A DNA stretch of 43,075 nucleotides from Patescibacteria group bacterium (GCA_038062975.1 JBBTWC010000001.1:1-43075); one strand, 5' to 3'; shown: positions 28,260 to 38,574, counted from the first letter of the stretch. Numbers and translations are program-made. Notes: a model not told the origin generated them from the letters alone.

Positions 28260-28284
28260 AAAAGGCTCTATAGAGAGCCTTTTT
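28260..28284 (+). terminator. Intrinsic terminator after trxB
   Basis: AAAAGGCTCT-atag-AGAGCCTTTT(T), preceded by a second hairpin CTCCAAAA/TTTTGGAG at 28233-28254. Confidence 0.75.
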
Positions 28285-28299
28285 GCTATTTACTCTGCC

Positions 28300-28328
28300 T
28301 TGATAGAAGACAGAAAGAAGGCTATACT
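28300..28328 (+). promoter_or_regulatory. sigma70 promoter of the murA-mreB unit
   Basis: TTGATA-17bp-TATACT. Confidence 0.7.
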
Positions 28329-28342
28329 GAGAAGTGCATTCA

Positions 28343-28452
28343 GGAGCAGTCTTTGTTGGGTGTGTTCTTTCGCTCTCAAGTGTACGCATATCTTTTTGTT
28401 AAAAAATTGCTCCGTCTCGCTCCGAAGTCCCTCGAGAGCTAAGAGAGCACAC
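28343..28452 (+). ncRNA. Candidate structured 5' leader RNA of murA
   Basis: Stem 28360-28377/28434-28452 and a crossing pairing 28343-28350/28406-28413. Confidence 0.4.
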
Positions 28453-28473
28453 GAATTTATAAAAGGTTTATTC

Positions 28474-29736
28474 ATGGAAGTTTTTGAAATTGAAGGCGGA
28501 AAACGTCTCAAGGGTGAAATCTCTGTCGGAGGGTCCAAGAATGCGACTACTCCTATTTTAGCTGCCACACTTCTTTCTTCTGGTACATCGGTTATTTCAA
28601 ACATTCCTCTTATCGAGGATGTTTTTCGTATGCTCGAAATTATTGAGAGCCTGGGTGCGACAGTAGAGTGGCGTGGAAAGCGTACGGTAGCTATCACCGC
28701 AAAAAAGATTACACCAGCAAAAGTGAATGTTGATGTCGTGAAAAAGTTGCGCTCATCTATTTTGCTTTTGGGCTCACTTTCTGCAAGATTGAATCGTTTT
28801 TCTTTTTACCAACCAGGAGGATGTGTTATTGGTGCGCGTCCAGTAGATACGCACCTTGATGTGTTTTCGAAACTCGGTGTCATCATTACGCCTGGAGAAA
28901 AAGAATATAGCATTGATGCTTCTCAAAAGAAATCAGGAACAGTTGTTTTGAAGGAGTTTTCTGTCACCGCTACGGAAAACGCAATGATGCTTGCTGCATC
29001 ACTTCCTGGGAAGACGGTTATCAAGATTGCAGCCGCCGAACCACACGTTGAGGATTTAGGAAGATTTTTGATAGCTATGGGAGCAAAGATTACTGGTTTG
29101 GGGACGCACACACTTGAAATTATTGGAAAAAAATCACTTCGAGGGGCAGCGCATACGGTCATTCCAGATCATAATGAAGCGGCTACATTTCTTATTCTTG
29201 GTGTAGCGACCGGGAGCGAGCTTACGGTACGGAATGCTCGGGCAGAGCATCTGGATATCGTCTTGGAAAAACTGCGAGAAATGGGCGCTTCGTTTACTAT
29301 TGGAAAGAAGACAATTACAGTACATCCTCCGAAGAAGTTACTCCCATCTTTGAAGATTGCTACACAGATATATCCAGGTATTCCTACTGATGTACAGGCT
29401 CCTTTCTGCGTTCTGGCGACACAGGCTCCTGGAGAGAGTCTTATTTTTGAAACTCTTTTTGAGGCACGTTTTGGGTATATAGCAGACTTGGAAAAGATGG
29501 GAGCAAAAGCGACTATCCTAAACCCGCACCAAGTGTTGGTTCATGGCAAGACGGCTCTTCGGGGCACGATTATTAAGAGTTACGATCTTCGTGCAGGAGT
29601 AGCACTTATTATTGCAGCACTTGTAGCGACAGGTAAGACAGTGATTGAAGATATTTATCTGGTGGATCGAGGATATGAACGTATTGAAGAGCGTTTGACG
29701 AAAATTGGCGCGAGTATTAAAAGGGTACAAAGATGA
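28474..29736 (+). CDS. murA: UDP-N-acetylglucosamine 1-carboxyvinyltransferase
   Basis: GSKNA, LRSS, PGGCVIGARPVD.H (Cys-type), SVTATEN, YPG.PTD, DLRAG, RGYE. Homology starts at ATG 28474. Confidence 0.97.
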   Translation: MEVFEIEGGKRLKGEISVGGSKNATTPILAATLLSSGTSVISNIPLIEDVFRMLEIIESLGATVEWRGKRTVAITAKKITPAKVNVDVVKKLRSSILLLGSLSARLNRFSFYQPGGCVIGARPVDTHLDVFSKLGVIITPGEKEYSIDASQKKSGTVVLKEFSVTATENAMMLAASLPGKTVIKIAAAEPHVEDLGRFLIAMGAKITGLGTHTLEIIGKKSLRGAAHTVIPDHNEAATFLILGVATGSELTVRNARAEHLDIVLEKLREMGASFTIGKKTITVHPPKKLLPSLKIATQIYPGIPTDVQAPFCVLATQAPGESLIFETLFEARFGYIADLEKMGAKATILNPHQVLVHGKTALRGTIIKSYDLRAGVALIIAALVATGKTVIEDIYLVDRGYERIEERLTKIGASIKRVQR

Positions 29737-30767
29737 TCAAAGCGAGAGATATGAAATCAATGTTTTTACGAAAAATTGGGATTGACCTGGGTACTGCGAA
29801 CACTTTGGTTTTTGTGCCTGGGAAGGGAGTGGTTATTAATGAGCCTTCGGTAGTGGCTATTTCTCTTTTGGAAAATAAGGTTCTAGCGGTTGGAAATGAA
29901 GCCAAGGAAATGCTGGGGCGTACACCAGATACTATCGTTGCCAGTCAGCCTCTGAAGGATGGCGCGATTGCTGACTACCGTATTACGGAAGCAATGCTGA
30001 AGTATTTTTTGAATCGCGTGGGAGGACGTATTCGTTTTTTTCGTCCAGAAGTAGTCATTTCTATTCCAGCCGGCATTACTTCAACGGAACGTCGAGCAGT
30101 TATCGACGCTGCCCTGAAAGCAGGAGCGAAGTCAGCCTATGTTGTAAAGGAGCCAATCTTAGCAGCTATCGGTGCGGGTATTCCGATTCATACAGCGCAA
30201 GGGAATATGATTATTAATATTGGAGGAGGTACGTCTGAAATTGCTATCATTTCTCTGGGTGGAGTAGTAGCTGCTCATAGTGCACGCGTGGGAGGAAATC
30301 GTATTGATCAAGCTATCTCAGATTACATTAAGCGAAAGTACAGCTTGGCCATTGGTGATCGGACCGCTGAGGAAATTAAAATAAAGATTGGTTCGGCTTT
30401 GGCACAGGTGAAGGAGGATCATATGGATGTGCGTGGTCGAGATTTGATGGGAGGGCTTCCAAAGACGGTAACACTTTCTTCAAACGAAATCACAGAGGCG
30501 ATTCAAGATGAGCTTCGAGAAATTATCAATGTTATAAAGCAAGTGCTTCAAGAAACACCTCCAGAACTTGCGGCGGATATCATGGATAAGGGCATGGTAC
30601 TTTCCGGAGGCACCGCACAGTTACGCCATCTTGATCAGCTTATCTCCAAAACAATTAATGTACCATGTTACGTTGCTGATGATCCGGCCTTTTGCGTTGT
30701 GAAGGGTACGGGGATTGTTTTGGAAAATTTGGATGTCTATAAGAGGAGTATTATGCTCGCGAAGTAG
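29733..30767 (+). CDS. mreB: Rod shape-determining protein MreB
   Basis: IGIDLGTANT, EPSVVA, PLKDG.IAD, IGGGTSE, ETPPEL. The true start could instead be 29751 or 29760. Confidence 0.97.
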   Translation: MIKARDMKSMFLRKIGIDLGTANTLVFVPGKGVVINEPSVVAISLLENKVLAVGNEAKEMLGRTPDTIVASQPLKDGAIADYRITEAMLKYFLNRVGGRIRFFRPEVVISIPAGITSTERRAVIDAALKAGAKSAYVVKEPILAAIGAGIPIHTAQGNMIINIGGGTSEIAIISLGGVVAAHSARVGGNRIDQAISDYIKRKYSLAIGDRTAEEIKIKIGSALAQVKEDHMDVRGRDLMGGLPKTVTLSSNEITEAIQDELREIINVIKQVLQETPPELAADIMDKGMVLSGGTAQLRHLDQLISKTINVPCYVADDPAFCVVKGTGIVLENLDVYKRSIMLAK

Positions 30768-30803
30768 GCGCATGTAGATTTTGGTATTTGAAACTTTGCT
30801 TCT

Positions 30804-31919
30804 ATGACGATTGGAATTGACGCTTCTCGAGCATTTTTGAAGCGACGGACGGGTATTGAGGAGTACGCGTATCAAACTATAAAGAATCTTCGAGTAGTTC
30901 TTGTTGAACCAGAAGAGGTTATTTTATACGTGAGAAAAAAATGGATGCGCAAGGACGGAAAATTGGTTCTTGCTGGTCCAGATATCGACTTTGACCTTCC
31001 GGAAAACTGGAAAGTTCGTGGTTTATGGGCACCCCGTTTTTGGACTCAAGGAAGGCTTTCGCTTGAGATGCTTTTCGGGAAGCGTCCCGATATGTTGTTT
31101 GTTCCTGCGCATACAGTACCGGTTATTCATCCTCGGAAGACCATTGTCGTTATCCATGGCTTGGAATACGAGGTTTGTCCAGAAGGGTACTCTTTTTGGG
31201 AACGGCTGTACATGCGTTTTTCTATTCGGTATTCCTGTAAGGCGGCAACTTCTATTGTATCTGTTTCTGAAAATACCAAAAAAGATTTGATGCGGTTGTA
31301 TAGTGTTGCTGCAGAGAAGATCTCTGTGATTGGTGAAGGTTTCGATCCAAAGATTCAGAGCGAAAAAGGTTCGTCAGTATGGCCCAAGCCGTACCTCTTA
31401 TTTCTTGGGAGACTGGAAGAAAGAAAGAATATTGTTCGAATTATTGAGGCCTTTGAAATACTAAAGGAGAAGAAGCTGTTTTCGGAGAAACTTATTCTTG
31501 CTGGGAAATGGGGATATGGCAAAGAAAAGATTCAAGCGAAGATTGAAAGTTCTCCCTGGAGGAGAGAAATAGTGGTTCCAGGGTATATTGATGAAGCCGC
31601 GAAGGGGAGTCTTCTCTCAGGAGCTCAGATCTTTTTGTTTCCGACTCTCTATGAGGGATTTGGTATTCCCGTACTTGAGGCTCAGAGCGTTGGTGTTCCG
31701 GTGATTACTTCGACTACTTCCTCTCTTCCAGAAGTGGCTGGTCTCGGAGCTCTTTTTGTGGATCCACTTCAGGCTAATCAGATTGCAGAGGGAATGGAGA
31801 AAATTCTCACAGAAAGGGATTTTCGAGATGATATAATACAAAAAGGGAAAGAGAATCTTTCTCGTTACGCATGGGACAGATGCGCTCGTGAATTAGCCGT
31901 TTTATTCCGAAAGTCATGA
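30804..31919 (+). CDS. GT4 family glycosyltransferase
   Basis: TGIEEY, VSENTK.D, LGRLEERKN, FPTLYEGFGIPVLEA, SSLPEV. Confidence 0.93.
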   Translation: MTIGIDASRAFLKRRTGIEEYAYQTIKNLRVVLVEPEEVILYVRKKWMRKDGKLVLAGPDIDFDLPENWKVRGLWAPRFWTQGRLSLEMLFGKRPDMLFVPAHTVPVIHPRKTIVVIHGLEYEVCPEGYSFWERLYMRFSIRYSCKAATSIVSVSENTKKDLMRLYSVAAEKISVIGEGFDPKIQSEKGSSVWPKPYLLFLGRLEERKNIVRIIEAFEILKEKKLFSEKLILAGKWGYGKEKIQAKIESSPWRREIVVPGYIDEAAKGSLLSGAQIFLFPTLYEGFGIPVLEAQSVGVPVITSTTSSLPEVAGLGALFVDPLQANQIAEGMEKILTERDFRDDIIQKGKENLSRYAWDRCARELAVLFRKS

Positions 31920-33046
31920 TTGATCTTAAAGGTAAAAAAATTGCTCTCGTACATGATTTTCTGATTCAGTACGGGGGCGCAGAGCGGGTATTAGAAACGT
32001 TGTGTGAAATGTTTCCGGATGCTCCAATCTATACGCTTCTTGCTGATCAGAGAATGGTCCAGGAGCATTTTCCAGGTCGAGATATCAGACAATCTTCTCT
32101 CGCACGCTTCCCACGTTTTTTCCGTAATCGTTACCGACTCCTTTTACCATTTCTTCCGTCGGCTGCCGAGGCATTGGATCTGCGAGAGTTTGATATAGTT
32201 ATCTCTTCTTCGGGTGCTTGGAGTAAGGGTATTGTTACGAGATTAGATACCTATCATATTGCGTACATTCATTCCCCAATGCGCTATGCGTGGGATTATC
32301 ACAAGCAGTATATACACGAACTTGCGCTCCGAGGGAAACGCAAGCTTGTAGCACGGCTTCTGCTCTCATATTTACGGATTTGGGACCGTGAAGCAGCACT
32401 TCGTCCTGATTGTCTATTAGCGAACTCGAAGTATACAGCGAAGCGTATAGAAAAATACTATCGGCGCGATGCCACAGTTGTCTATCCAGCAGCTCTTCGA
32501 TTATTTGAAAAATTTGGTAGGAAAGATGTTTCGAAAAGTGCAAAGAAGCGAGAATATTTTCTTGTTGTTTCTCGTCTCACTCGGTCTAAGAAAGTGGATA
32601 TTGTAGTAGAAGCTTTTAATAAAATCGGACTTCCTCTTGTAGTGGTGGGTGCAGGACCAGAGCGAACAGCGCTTCTGAAGCGAGCAGCGAAGAACATTCA
32701 GTTCGTTGACTTTCAATCTGACGAGCATCTTGCAGAGCTTTATGCAGGAGCGCGAGCCCTTCTTTTTCCTTCTGAAGAGGATTTTGGTATGACGGCTGTT
32801 GAGGCTCTTTCTTTTGGGGTGCCGGTTATTGCTTTTGAATACGGGGGCATCAAAGAGATCGTAACCCCAGGAGAGACAGGGGAGTTTTTTCAGGCTCAGA
32901 CACCAGAGATTCTCGCTGAAGGAGTAAGGCGATTTTTGGTGAAAGAAGGGCAGTATGATGAAGAACGTTTGCGTACGAGTGTGAGCGCCTTTTCAACGAA
33001 GTCTTTCCAAGAATCTTTTGAGACCGCTTTGCAACAGTGTTTATAA
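31916..33046 (+). CDS. GT4 family glycosyltransferase (WbaZ-like)
   Basis: IALVHD.L.QYGGAERV, HSPMRY.W, EEDFGM..VEA..G.PVIA. Confidence 0.93.
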   Translation: MIDLKGKKIALVHDFLIQYGGAERVLETLCEMFPDAPIYTLLADQRMVQEHFPGRDIRQSSLARFPRFFRNRYRLLLPFLPSAAEALDLREFDIVISSSGAWSKGIVTRLDTYHIAYIHSPMRYAWDYHKQYIHELALRGKRKLVARLLLSYLRIWDREAALRPDCLLANSKYTAKRIEKYYRRDATVVYPAALRLFEKFGRKDVSKSAKKREYFLVVSRLTRSKKVDIVVEAFNKIGLPLVVVGAGPERTALLKRAAKNIQFVDFQSDEHLAELYAGARALLFPSEEDFGMTAVEALSFGVPVIAFEYGGIKEIVTPGETGEFFQAQTPEILAEGVRRFLVKEGQYDEERLRTSVSAFSTKSFQESFETALQQCL

Positions 33047-33047
33047 T
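33018..33047 (+). promoter_or_regulatory. Possible promoter for holB-ftsQ inside the end of the GT4 gene
   Basis: TTGAGA-18bp-TATAAT. Confidence 0.35.
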
Positions 33048-33061
33048 CTTGCTTTTTGTGT

Positions 33062-33964
33062 ATGCGTATTTTAGGACATACAAGTGTACGGAAGCGACTT
33101 GCGACGCTCGCGCATCAGGGAGTCATAGGACAGAGTTACGTATTTTTTGGTCCCCAGGGTGTTGGAAAAAGTCTCTGTGCCTTGGAGTTTGCAGCGACTC
33201 TTTGTGGCGAGGAGAATTTTGAGCCGACAGCAGAAAAGCCACATCCGTTTGACGTCATGATTCTTCGGCCAGAAACGGAAGTAAAAAGAGGCGTGACAAA
33301 GGAACGATCGCTTTCGGCAGAGCAAAGTCGAGATGGTATACAGTTCCTTTCGCGGTTTCCGGTATCGGGTCGATACAGGGTATTGATTATTGAGGATGCT
33401 CATAGACTCTCGCTTTCAGCTCAAAATGTCCTTTTAAAAACCCTTGAAGAGCCAAATCCTTCAGCGGTGATTCTTTTTGTGACACATGAAATAGGAAGCC
33501 TCCTTCCTACTATTCTTTCTCGAGTGGAACGGGTTCGCTTTGGATTTGTTCCTGAGGCACTCCTCCGGGAGGAGGGCGCCTCTTTCTTTCCGACCGTTGA
33601 ACAGGCTTTGCCTCCATTCTTCTTTTCTCTTGGCCGGCCAGGTATTCTTATTCAGGCAAGTGAAAACACGGAAAGTTTCGCTCTGACACAACAACGACTT
33701 GGAACGTTGTTTCGACTTTCCACTCTTTCCCTCAAAGAGCGTCTCCGCTTAGCTGAAGAATTAGCTTTGAATGTTCCTGAGACTATTCGTCTTTTAGAGT
33801 GGTGGCTTCCAGGTCTCCACGCTCAGGGAGTAAAATTGGTCGAGAGAGCAAAGATGCAACGTTTTTTTGGTTTTTTATCCGATGTAGAAGAGAGTCGAGC
33901 TATTTTACGGACCACACAGAGTAATGCACGACTTGTGTTGGAGAAACTCTTCTTGTCTTTATAA
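33062..33964 (+). CDS. holB: DNA polymerase III delta' subunit (AAA+ clamp loader)
   Basis: ILGH, GPQGVGKS, IIEDAHRL...AQN.LLKTLEEP, LLPTILSR; no zinc module. Confidence 0.85.
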   Translation: MRILGHTSVRKRLATLAHQGVIGQSYVFFGPQGVGKSLCALEFAATLCGEENFEPTAEKPHPFDVMILRPETEVKRGVTKERSLSAEQSRDGIQFLSRFPVSGRYRVLIIEDAHRLSLSAQNVLLKTLEEPNPSAVILFVTHEIGSLLPTILSRVERVRFGFVPEALLREEGASFFPTVEQALPPFFFSLGRPGILIQASENTESFALTQQRLGTLFRLSTLSLKERLRLAEELALNVPETIRLLEWWLPGLHAQGVKLVERAKMQRFFGFLSDVEESRAILRTTQSNARLVLEKLFLSL

Positions 33965-33969
33965 AGAGT

Positions 33970-34953
33970 ATGAAATGGCTTTTTCGTAAGAAAGGAAAAA
34001 AACGAACTCAAGAGAGTAGTTTTGAAAAAAAGATGCTTGCCCCAAAAAAGGCTCTCAAGGTGAAGCGTCGAGGCGTTACCGAAAAGTCGAAAAAAGGAAA
34101 GGGAAGCTTCTTTCTTCTTGTGTTTCTCTGGACTCTCCTTTTCGGAACAGTCCTCTACATTCTTTTTTTCTCTGCCGCGCTTTCTACTGACTCTCTTCGG
34201 ATAACAGGAGGGAGTGTGAGCGAGCAGAATCGCACCCGTATATTTCTCGAAGAGCAGATTTCTGGAAAATATTTTGGTATTTTTCCTCGGAATAATTTCT
34301 TTCTCATTCAAGAACATTCTCTTGAGAGGAAGCTTTTGGATTCTTTTCCGCTCCTCCGAAGCGTGACGCTCTCACAAGAATTTCCAGATCAACTATTTGC
34401 GGACATTCTCCTTCGAAAGAAAGCGGTACTCTGGTGTTCTGGAGGGCCTTGCTATCTGGTTACTGAAGAAGGGCAGGTTCGCGAGAGTCAGGGTATTTTC
34501 GCTTCTGAAGAAGAGAAACAAAACGCCCTTTTTGTTATTGATAGAAGTGGGCAACCAGTGCATTTAGGACAAAAGATTTTTGATTTTGATTTTGTCTCTT
34601 TTGTTGCTGATGTAGCGCCACACTTTGAAGATCGGCTTGGGATACGAGTTACTGGTGAATACTCAGCTTTCTCTCGTTTTGCCCACGAGCTGTGTATTCA
34701 GACAGAAGAAGGTTTTATGGTGTATCTCAATACAAATGTCCCACTCGAAGAGTCAGTAGATACTTTAGCGCTTCTTTTTGAGAAGGAAATAAACGAAGAG
34801 CAAAGAAAAAAGTTACGTTCTATTGATCTGCGTACGGAGAATCGAGTATTCTATGCTTTTGTGGGAGATGACAATGAGAAGGAGGGGGCACAGGGAGATG
34901 AAGAAAAATCTGATACAAAGGTACAAGAGGAACAAGAAAAAAAGAAGCCCTAA
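33970..34953 (+). CDS. ftsQ: FtsQ/DivIB-like cell division protein
   Basis: Basic N-tail, single TM, POTRA-like segment ending FPD.L, C-terminal IDLR.ENRVFY. Confidence 0.75.
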   Translation: MKWLFRKKGKKRTQESSFEKKMLAPKKALKVKRRGVTEKSKKGKGSFFLLVFLWTLLFGTVLYILFFSAALSTDSLRITGGSVSEQNRTRIFLEEQISGKYFGIFPRNNFFLIQEHSLERKLLDSFPLLRSVTLSQEFPDQLFADILLRKKAVLWCSGGPCYLVTEEGQVRESQGIFASEEEKQNALFVIDRSGQPVHLGQKIFDFDFVSFVADVAPHFEDRLGIRVTGEYSAFSRFAHELCIQTEEGFMVYLNTNVPLEESVDTLALLFEKEINEEQRKKLRSIDLRTENRVFYAFVGDDNEKEGAQGDEEKSDTKVQEEQEKKKP

Positions 34954-34966
34954 GGGCTTCTTTTTT
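34938..34966. terminator. Bidirectional terminator between ftsQ and the convergent glycosyltransferase
   Basis: AAAAAAGAAGCCC-taa-GGGCTTCTTTTTT; the loop is the ftsQ stop codon. Confidence 0.85.
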
Positions 34967-34980
34967 CAGGACTTTCTCAG

Positions 34981-36873
34981 CTATTCTTGCTCTGGAACGT
35001 AGAAGATGAATATTGAATCTCCTGCTCTTGCAACGGGAGTATATTCATTAAGCCACTTGTAGCTTTTTTCTCCAGGAGTAGCTGCTGTATGAGTGCTTTC
35101 TTGGAAGAAGCCTATAGAGATTGCGTACCATCCTGGTTCTGGATCGCTGTATGAGTGCCAGGAGACGTATTTGTCACCAAGGTAGTACTGAGGGCTTGAT
35201 CCTCCGAAATAATCAACACGTACACGGTCAATGACTGGATACTTCTCTGCAAGAGAGCAATCATCCGTAGCGAGGTTTTTTTGTTCGATACAGCGATTAT
35301 GGGAATCAACAAAGTTCTTCAGTCTTTTTACGTCCTGTCCCCAGTCATAGTTTGAATCTGTTACATAGCGGTATCCATTTGTGTGCCCTCCAGCGATGGC
35401 GTTGAAATAGGAGAGATAGTTTGGATACGCCATGACAGGAATGGCTATCAAAGAGAGCGCAAAGCCACCAATGAGAAGCGAAAGGAGGGTGTGACTAAAC
35501 GGAGATTCTTTGCGGCGCTTGAGGTAATCAAAGAGTACCTTGGCAATAAACATGTAGAGGAATGGCAAGATAGGGAAGAGATGCCGGAATCCAATGTTTA
35601 GGTTCCCTGTAATGCTGATGTATGCGTAGAAGAGGACAAAGAAGACTCCCATAAATTGGGTAATCTTATTTCGGAAGCATTCGCCAAGGAATGAGAAGAG
35701 TGAACCAAGGCTATCCTTTCGTCGTTCCGCAAACGTCTTCCCCATACGATAGAGAGAGTAGAGTGTCGTAAAGACAAGGAGAAAGAGGAAGGGAATAGTT
35801 TCTTTGAGAAGGAAAACGACTGGGAAATACCAAGGAGAAGCATGATTTGAGACTCCTCCGAGGAAGTAATAGGTATTTCCTCCTGCGACACGAGCGAAGA
35901 CCATAAAGACACCGAGGAAGTATTCGCTGAACGGTTTCAAGAGAGGGTGTTGATGTGTAGCGGCCACAAAATCTTTCGCGAATGGTCCAAGGCCACGATC
36001 AGGGAACATTTCATGAGCCACCTCTACGAGTTTTTCACCAGGAGTGTTCATGGTGTTGAAGTAGTAGAGAACCCATATAAGCGCAAAACAGATCAAGACG
36101 CTTCCTGCGTATTTGAATCCGTATTCGAAGATTTTTAGTATTTTAAACCAAACAATGTGTATCTCTTTTCCGGAAGGGCGAGGAAGGGAAAGAGCATAGA
36201 GTACAGCAAACATTCCAAATATTGGGAAGAGAAGTACAGCGGAAAACTTTGCCAGTTGAGCGAGACCGAGGAATACTCCAGCCCAAACGACGTTCTTGAA
36301 GCTTGGTTTTTTGAGGAAGTGAACAAAGAAATAAAAGGCAAAAAAGAGAAAAGCAGCGATACCGATATCTGTTGTTACATAGTGACTGTGAGCGATGATA
36401 TTTGGATCGGTTGCGTAGAGGAGTGTAGCAAAGAGTCCAGCAACCGGACCAGCAAGTTCTTTGGTCCAGAGATAGAGAAAGACACCAAGAAGAAGGGCGA
36501 TAAATATCATAGGGAGACGAGACCAAAAGGTCACCAGGTTTGGATCGTTGCAGGCCTGGCTTGGATCTATGCAGTTGATAAATTTATCACCAAGAATCCA
36601 CTGAGCGTTCACGCCGTTTTGCCACTCTACTGATTCCGTTGGGAAATCGAGGTTAAAGGCAAGCAGAGGAAGTCCAGCAAGATCTTTGAGAAGTGGTGGA
36701 TGCTCTGGATTGAGGCGCATATCACCGAATCGGACATAGCTATACGCGGAAGGAATATGAGCCTTCTCATCCATAGTGGTGGATTCTTGAATCGAGATCA
36801 CGATATTGATCGCGACAAAAAGCAGGAGGATAAGTGCTACTATTTTCCCGCTGTGTTTCTTAAGAAACTCCAT
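34981..36873 (-). CDS. ArnT/PMT-family (GT-C) integral membrane glycosyltransferase
   Basis: TMDE..H, NPEHPPL.K, VTTD, AKFS, IG.RHL.P, DSNYDWGQD; many TM helices. Confidence 0.88.
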   Translation of the reverse strand: MEFLKKHSGKIVALILLLFVAINIVISIQESTTMDEKAHIPSAYSYVRFGDMRLNPEHPPLLKDLAGLPLLAFNLDFPTESVEWQNGVNAQWILGDKFINCIDPSQACNDPNLVTFWSRLPMIFIALLLGVFLYLWTKELAGPVAGLFATLLYATDPNIIAHSHYVTTDIGIAAFLFFAFYFFVHFLKKPSFKNVVWAGVFLGLAQLAKFSAVLLFPIFGMFAVLYALSLPRPSGKEIHIVWFKILKIFEYGFKYAGSVLICFALIWVLYYFNTMNTPGEKLVEVAHEMFPDRGLGPFAKDFVAATHQHPLLKPFSEYFLGVFMVFARVAGGNTYYFLGGVSNHASPWYFPVVFLLKETIPFLFLLVFTTLYSLYRMGKTFAERRKDSLGSLFSFLGECFRNKITQFMGVFFVLFYAYISITGNLNIGFRHLFPILPFLYMFIAKVLFDYLKRRKESPFSHTLLSLLIGGFALSLIAIPVMAYPNYLSYFNAIAGGHTNGYRYVTDSNYDWGQDVKRLKNFVDSHNRCIEQKNLATDDCSLAEKYPVIDRVRVDYFGGSSPQYYLGDKYVSWHSYSDPEPGWYAISIGFFQESTHTAATPGEKSYKWLNEYTPVARAGDSIFIFYVPEQE

Positions 36874-36905
36874 AGACTTGTTGTTACTGTTTGAGAAATA
36901 AGAAT

Positions 36906-38504
36906 TTATGGAAGAATAATTGTTTTGAAATCTCCACCAAGGCCTGGATGAGGATCTATGGTTTCTACTCTGGCATCAGGAGCTTTTTGTAAGATGCGTT
37001 CTGTGAGTGCATCATCTGGTTTCATCAAAAGGATAACAGCTGGGCGTTTGAGCGCCGTTTCTGGAGTGAGGAACTCTAAATTCGTTATCCTTCCTGCGGT
37101 AAGGAAAAGGAGAGGTTGTGCAGTAACAGGGAGGCCGTTGTCTATTTGGGTTCCTCCAGCATTTGCGAGAACATATTTGTGCGTTTCAGGAGGGAGGGCA
37201 ATGAGATATTTTGACATGTTTGTATAATTCTCATTGAAAGCTCCGTGTTGATGTGGACTTTGTGCAAAGAAAATAAAATACTTAGAAAGATTAATAGTAG
37301 CGCTTGCAAACAAGAGAATGACAAGAAGGGAAATCAGAGCAAAGCGTGTACCTGGTTGTGAGCGTCGGGCTTTCTTCCAAATCCAAAAAGCTGGCAGTGT
37401 CGCTAAAAGAAAAACAGGAGTTTGTGTACCAATAGCTCGAAGTGCATGCGGTAAGCCTTCTTCGGTGAGGAATTCCGGCATAAGCATGACTAGGAAAGCA
37501 GAAAGGAGGAAAGCATTTGTGACGAGTCTCGTGTCACGATCTTTGTTCTTGATGCGACGCACGAGAAGGACAAGGCTTTGCCAGAGAACAAACAGAAATC
37601 CGGCCAAGAAGAACGCTCCGACAATAGGATCGAGGATTGGATAAGGAGGATAATTATGGCGCCAGTTCTGATCACCCCAAAAGTTGTATTTTAAGAGGCT
37701 CAAGCTTACGGTTTTTCCGAGTGTTCCCCAAAAGTCTCCCTTGTTTATTTCTGGAGAGAAGATAGAAACGGCTCCAGTACGGGAAGCAAAGTCTTCTGGA
37801 TGCGAAACAAAGAAGTGATAGAGCATCGGTACGGAAACGATAAATGCTCCAGCGAGGAACACAAGCGCATGTTTCCAGTAGCGTTTCAGGAATTTCTCAT
37901 AGGAAAGCATGAGAAATGGCAGAAGGAGGATAAGGATAAGCGGAGTAAGCCTGGCAGCAATATACGTATGAAGCCCGAGTCCTAAGAGGCCGCCACTTAT
38001 AGCAAAATCTAAGAAGCGCCGAGTACGTATTCCACGGAAAAAGAAATAAAAAGTAAAACTTACCAGAAATGGGAGCATGATCGCTCGGAAGCCGATACGG
38101 GAAAAGTTGATAGCCCAAAAAGATGTGGCTGCTATAAAGGCCGCGATAAGTCCGGCACTTCGACGTTTAAACAGTTCTGTAGCGAGAAGGTAGGCTCCGA
38201 GGACAGCTAAGGTACCAAAGACAGCTGACCAGAGCTTCAGGGCGGCTACGTTATAGCCAAAAGTCTTTATGGCAAAGGCCTGAAGGTTAATAAAAAATCC
38301 TTCTCGTCCGTAGTTGTTCGGATAGAAGGCGAGGTAGTTTCCAGTTTGAATGGCATTGAGTGCATCAGTGGCATTTGTAGCTTCGTCCGGATAGAGGCCT
38401 GCAGGAATACTATCGATTTGGTAGGTACGAAAAAGAAAAGCGAGGGCTAAGATAATAATGAGACCCGAGAGAACATAAAAGTGATATTGATTTTTTGTTG
38501 TCAT
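36906..38504 (-). CDS. ArnT/PMT-family (GT-C) integral membrane glycosyltransferase
   Basis: P.GLYPDEA.N..DA, GRE, FSRIGFR, TY.AAR, PH.LR; many TM helices. Confidence 0.88.
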   Translation of the reverse strand: MTTKNQYHFYVLSGLIIILALAFLFRTYQIDSIPAGLYPDEATNATDALNAIQTGNYLAFYPNNYGREGFFINLQAFAIKTFGYNVAALKLWSAVFGTLAVLGAYLLATELFKRRSAGLIAAFIAATSFWAINFSRIGFRAIMLPFLVSFTFYFFFRGIRTRRFLDFAISGGLLGLGLHTYIAARLTPLILILLLPFLMLSYEKFLKRYWKHALVFLAGAFIVSVPMLYHFFVSHPEDFASRTGAVSIFSPEINKGDFWGTLGKTVSLSLLKYNFWGDQNWRHNYPPYPILDPIVGAFFLAGFLFVLWQSLVLLVRRIKNKDRDTRLVTNAFLLSAFLVMLMPEFLTEEGLPHALRAIGTQTPVFLLATLPAFWIWKKARRSQPGTRFALISLLVILLFASATINLSKYFIFFAQSPHQHGAFNENYTNMSKYLIALPPETHKYVLANAGGTQIDNGLPVTAQPLLFLTAGRITNLEFLTPETALKRPAVILLMKPDDALTERILQKAPDARVETIDPHPGLGGDFKTIILP

Positions 38505-38563
38505 ATTTTTTATTTCCTTCTGGTTATTTTTTAAGAAGGAATATATTTTTGTTTTTGTTGTCT

Positions 38564-38574
38564 TATGTTAGAAT
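38564..38574 (+). promoter_or_regulatory. Extended -10 promoter for the large-protein locus
   Basis: TATGtTAGAAT, 35 bp upstream of ATG 38609. Confidence 0.5.

Noticed and set aside
28249-28473. 75-aa N-terminal extension of MurA in the ORF track
   Set aside because: It spans a terminator, promoter and structured leader; MurA homology begins at ATG 28474
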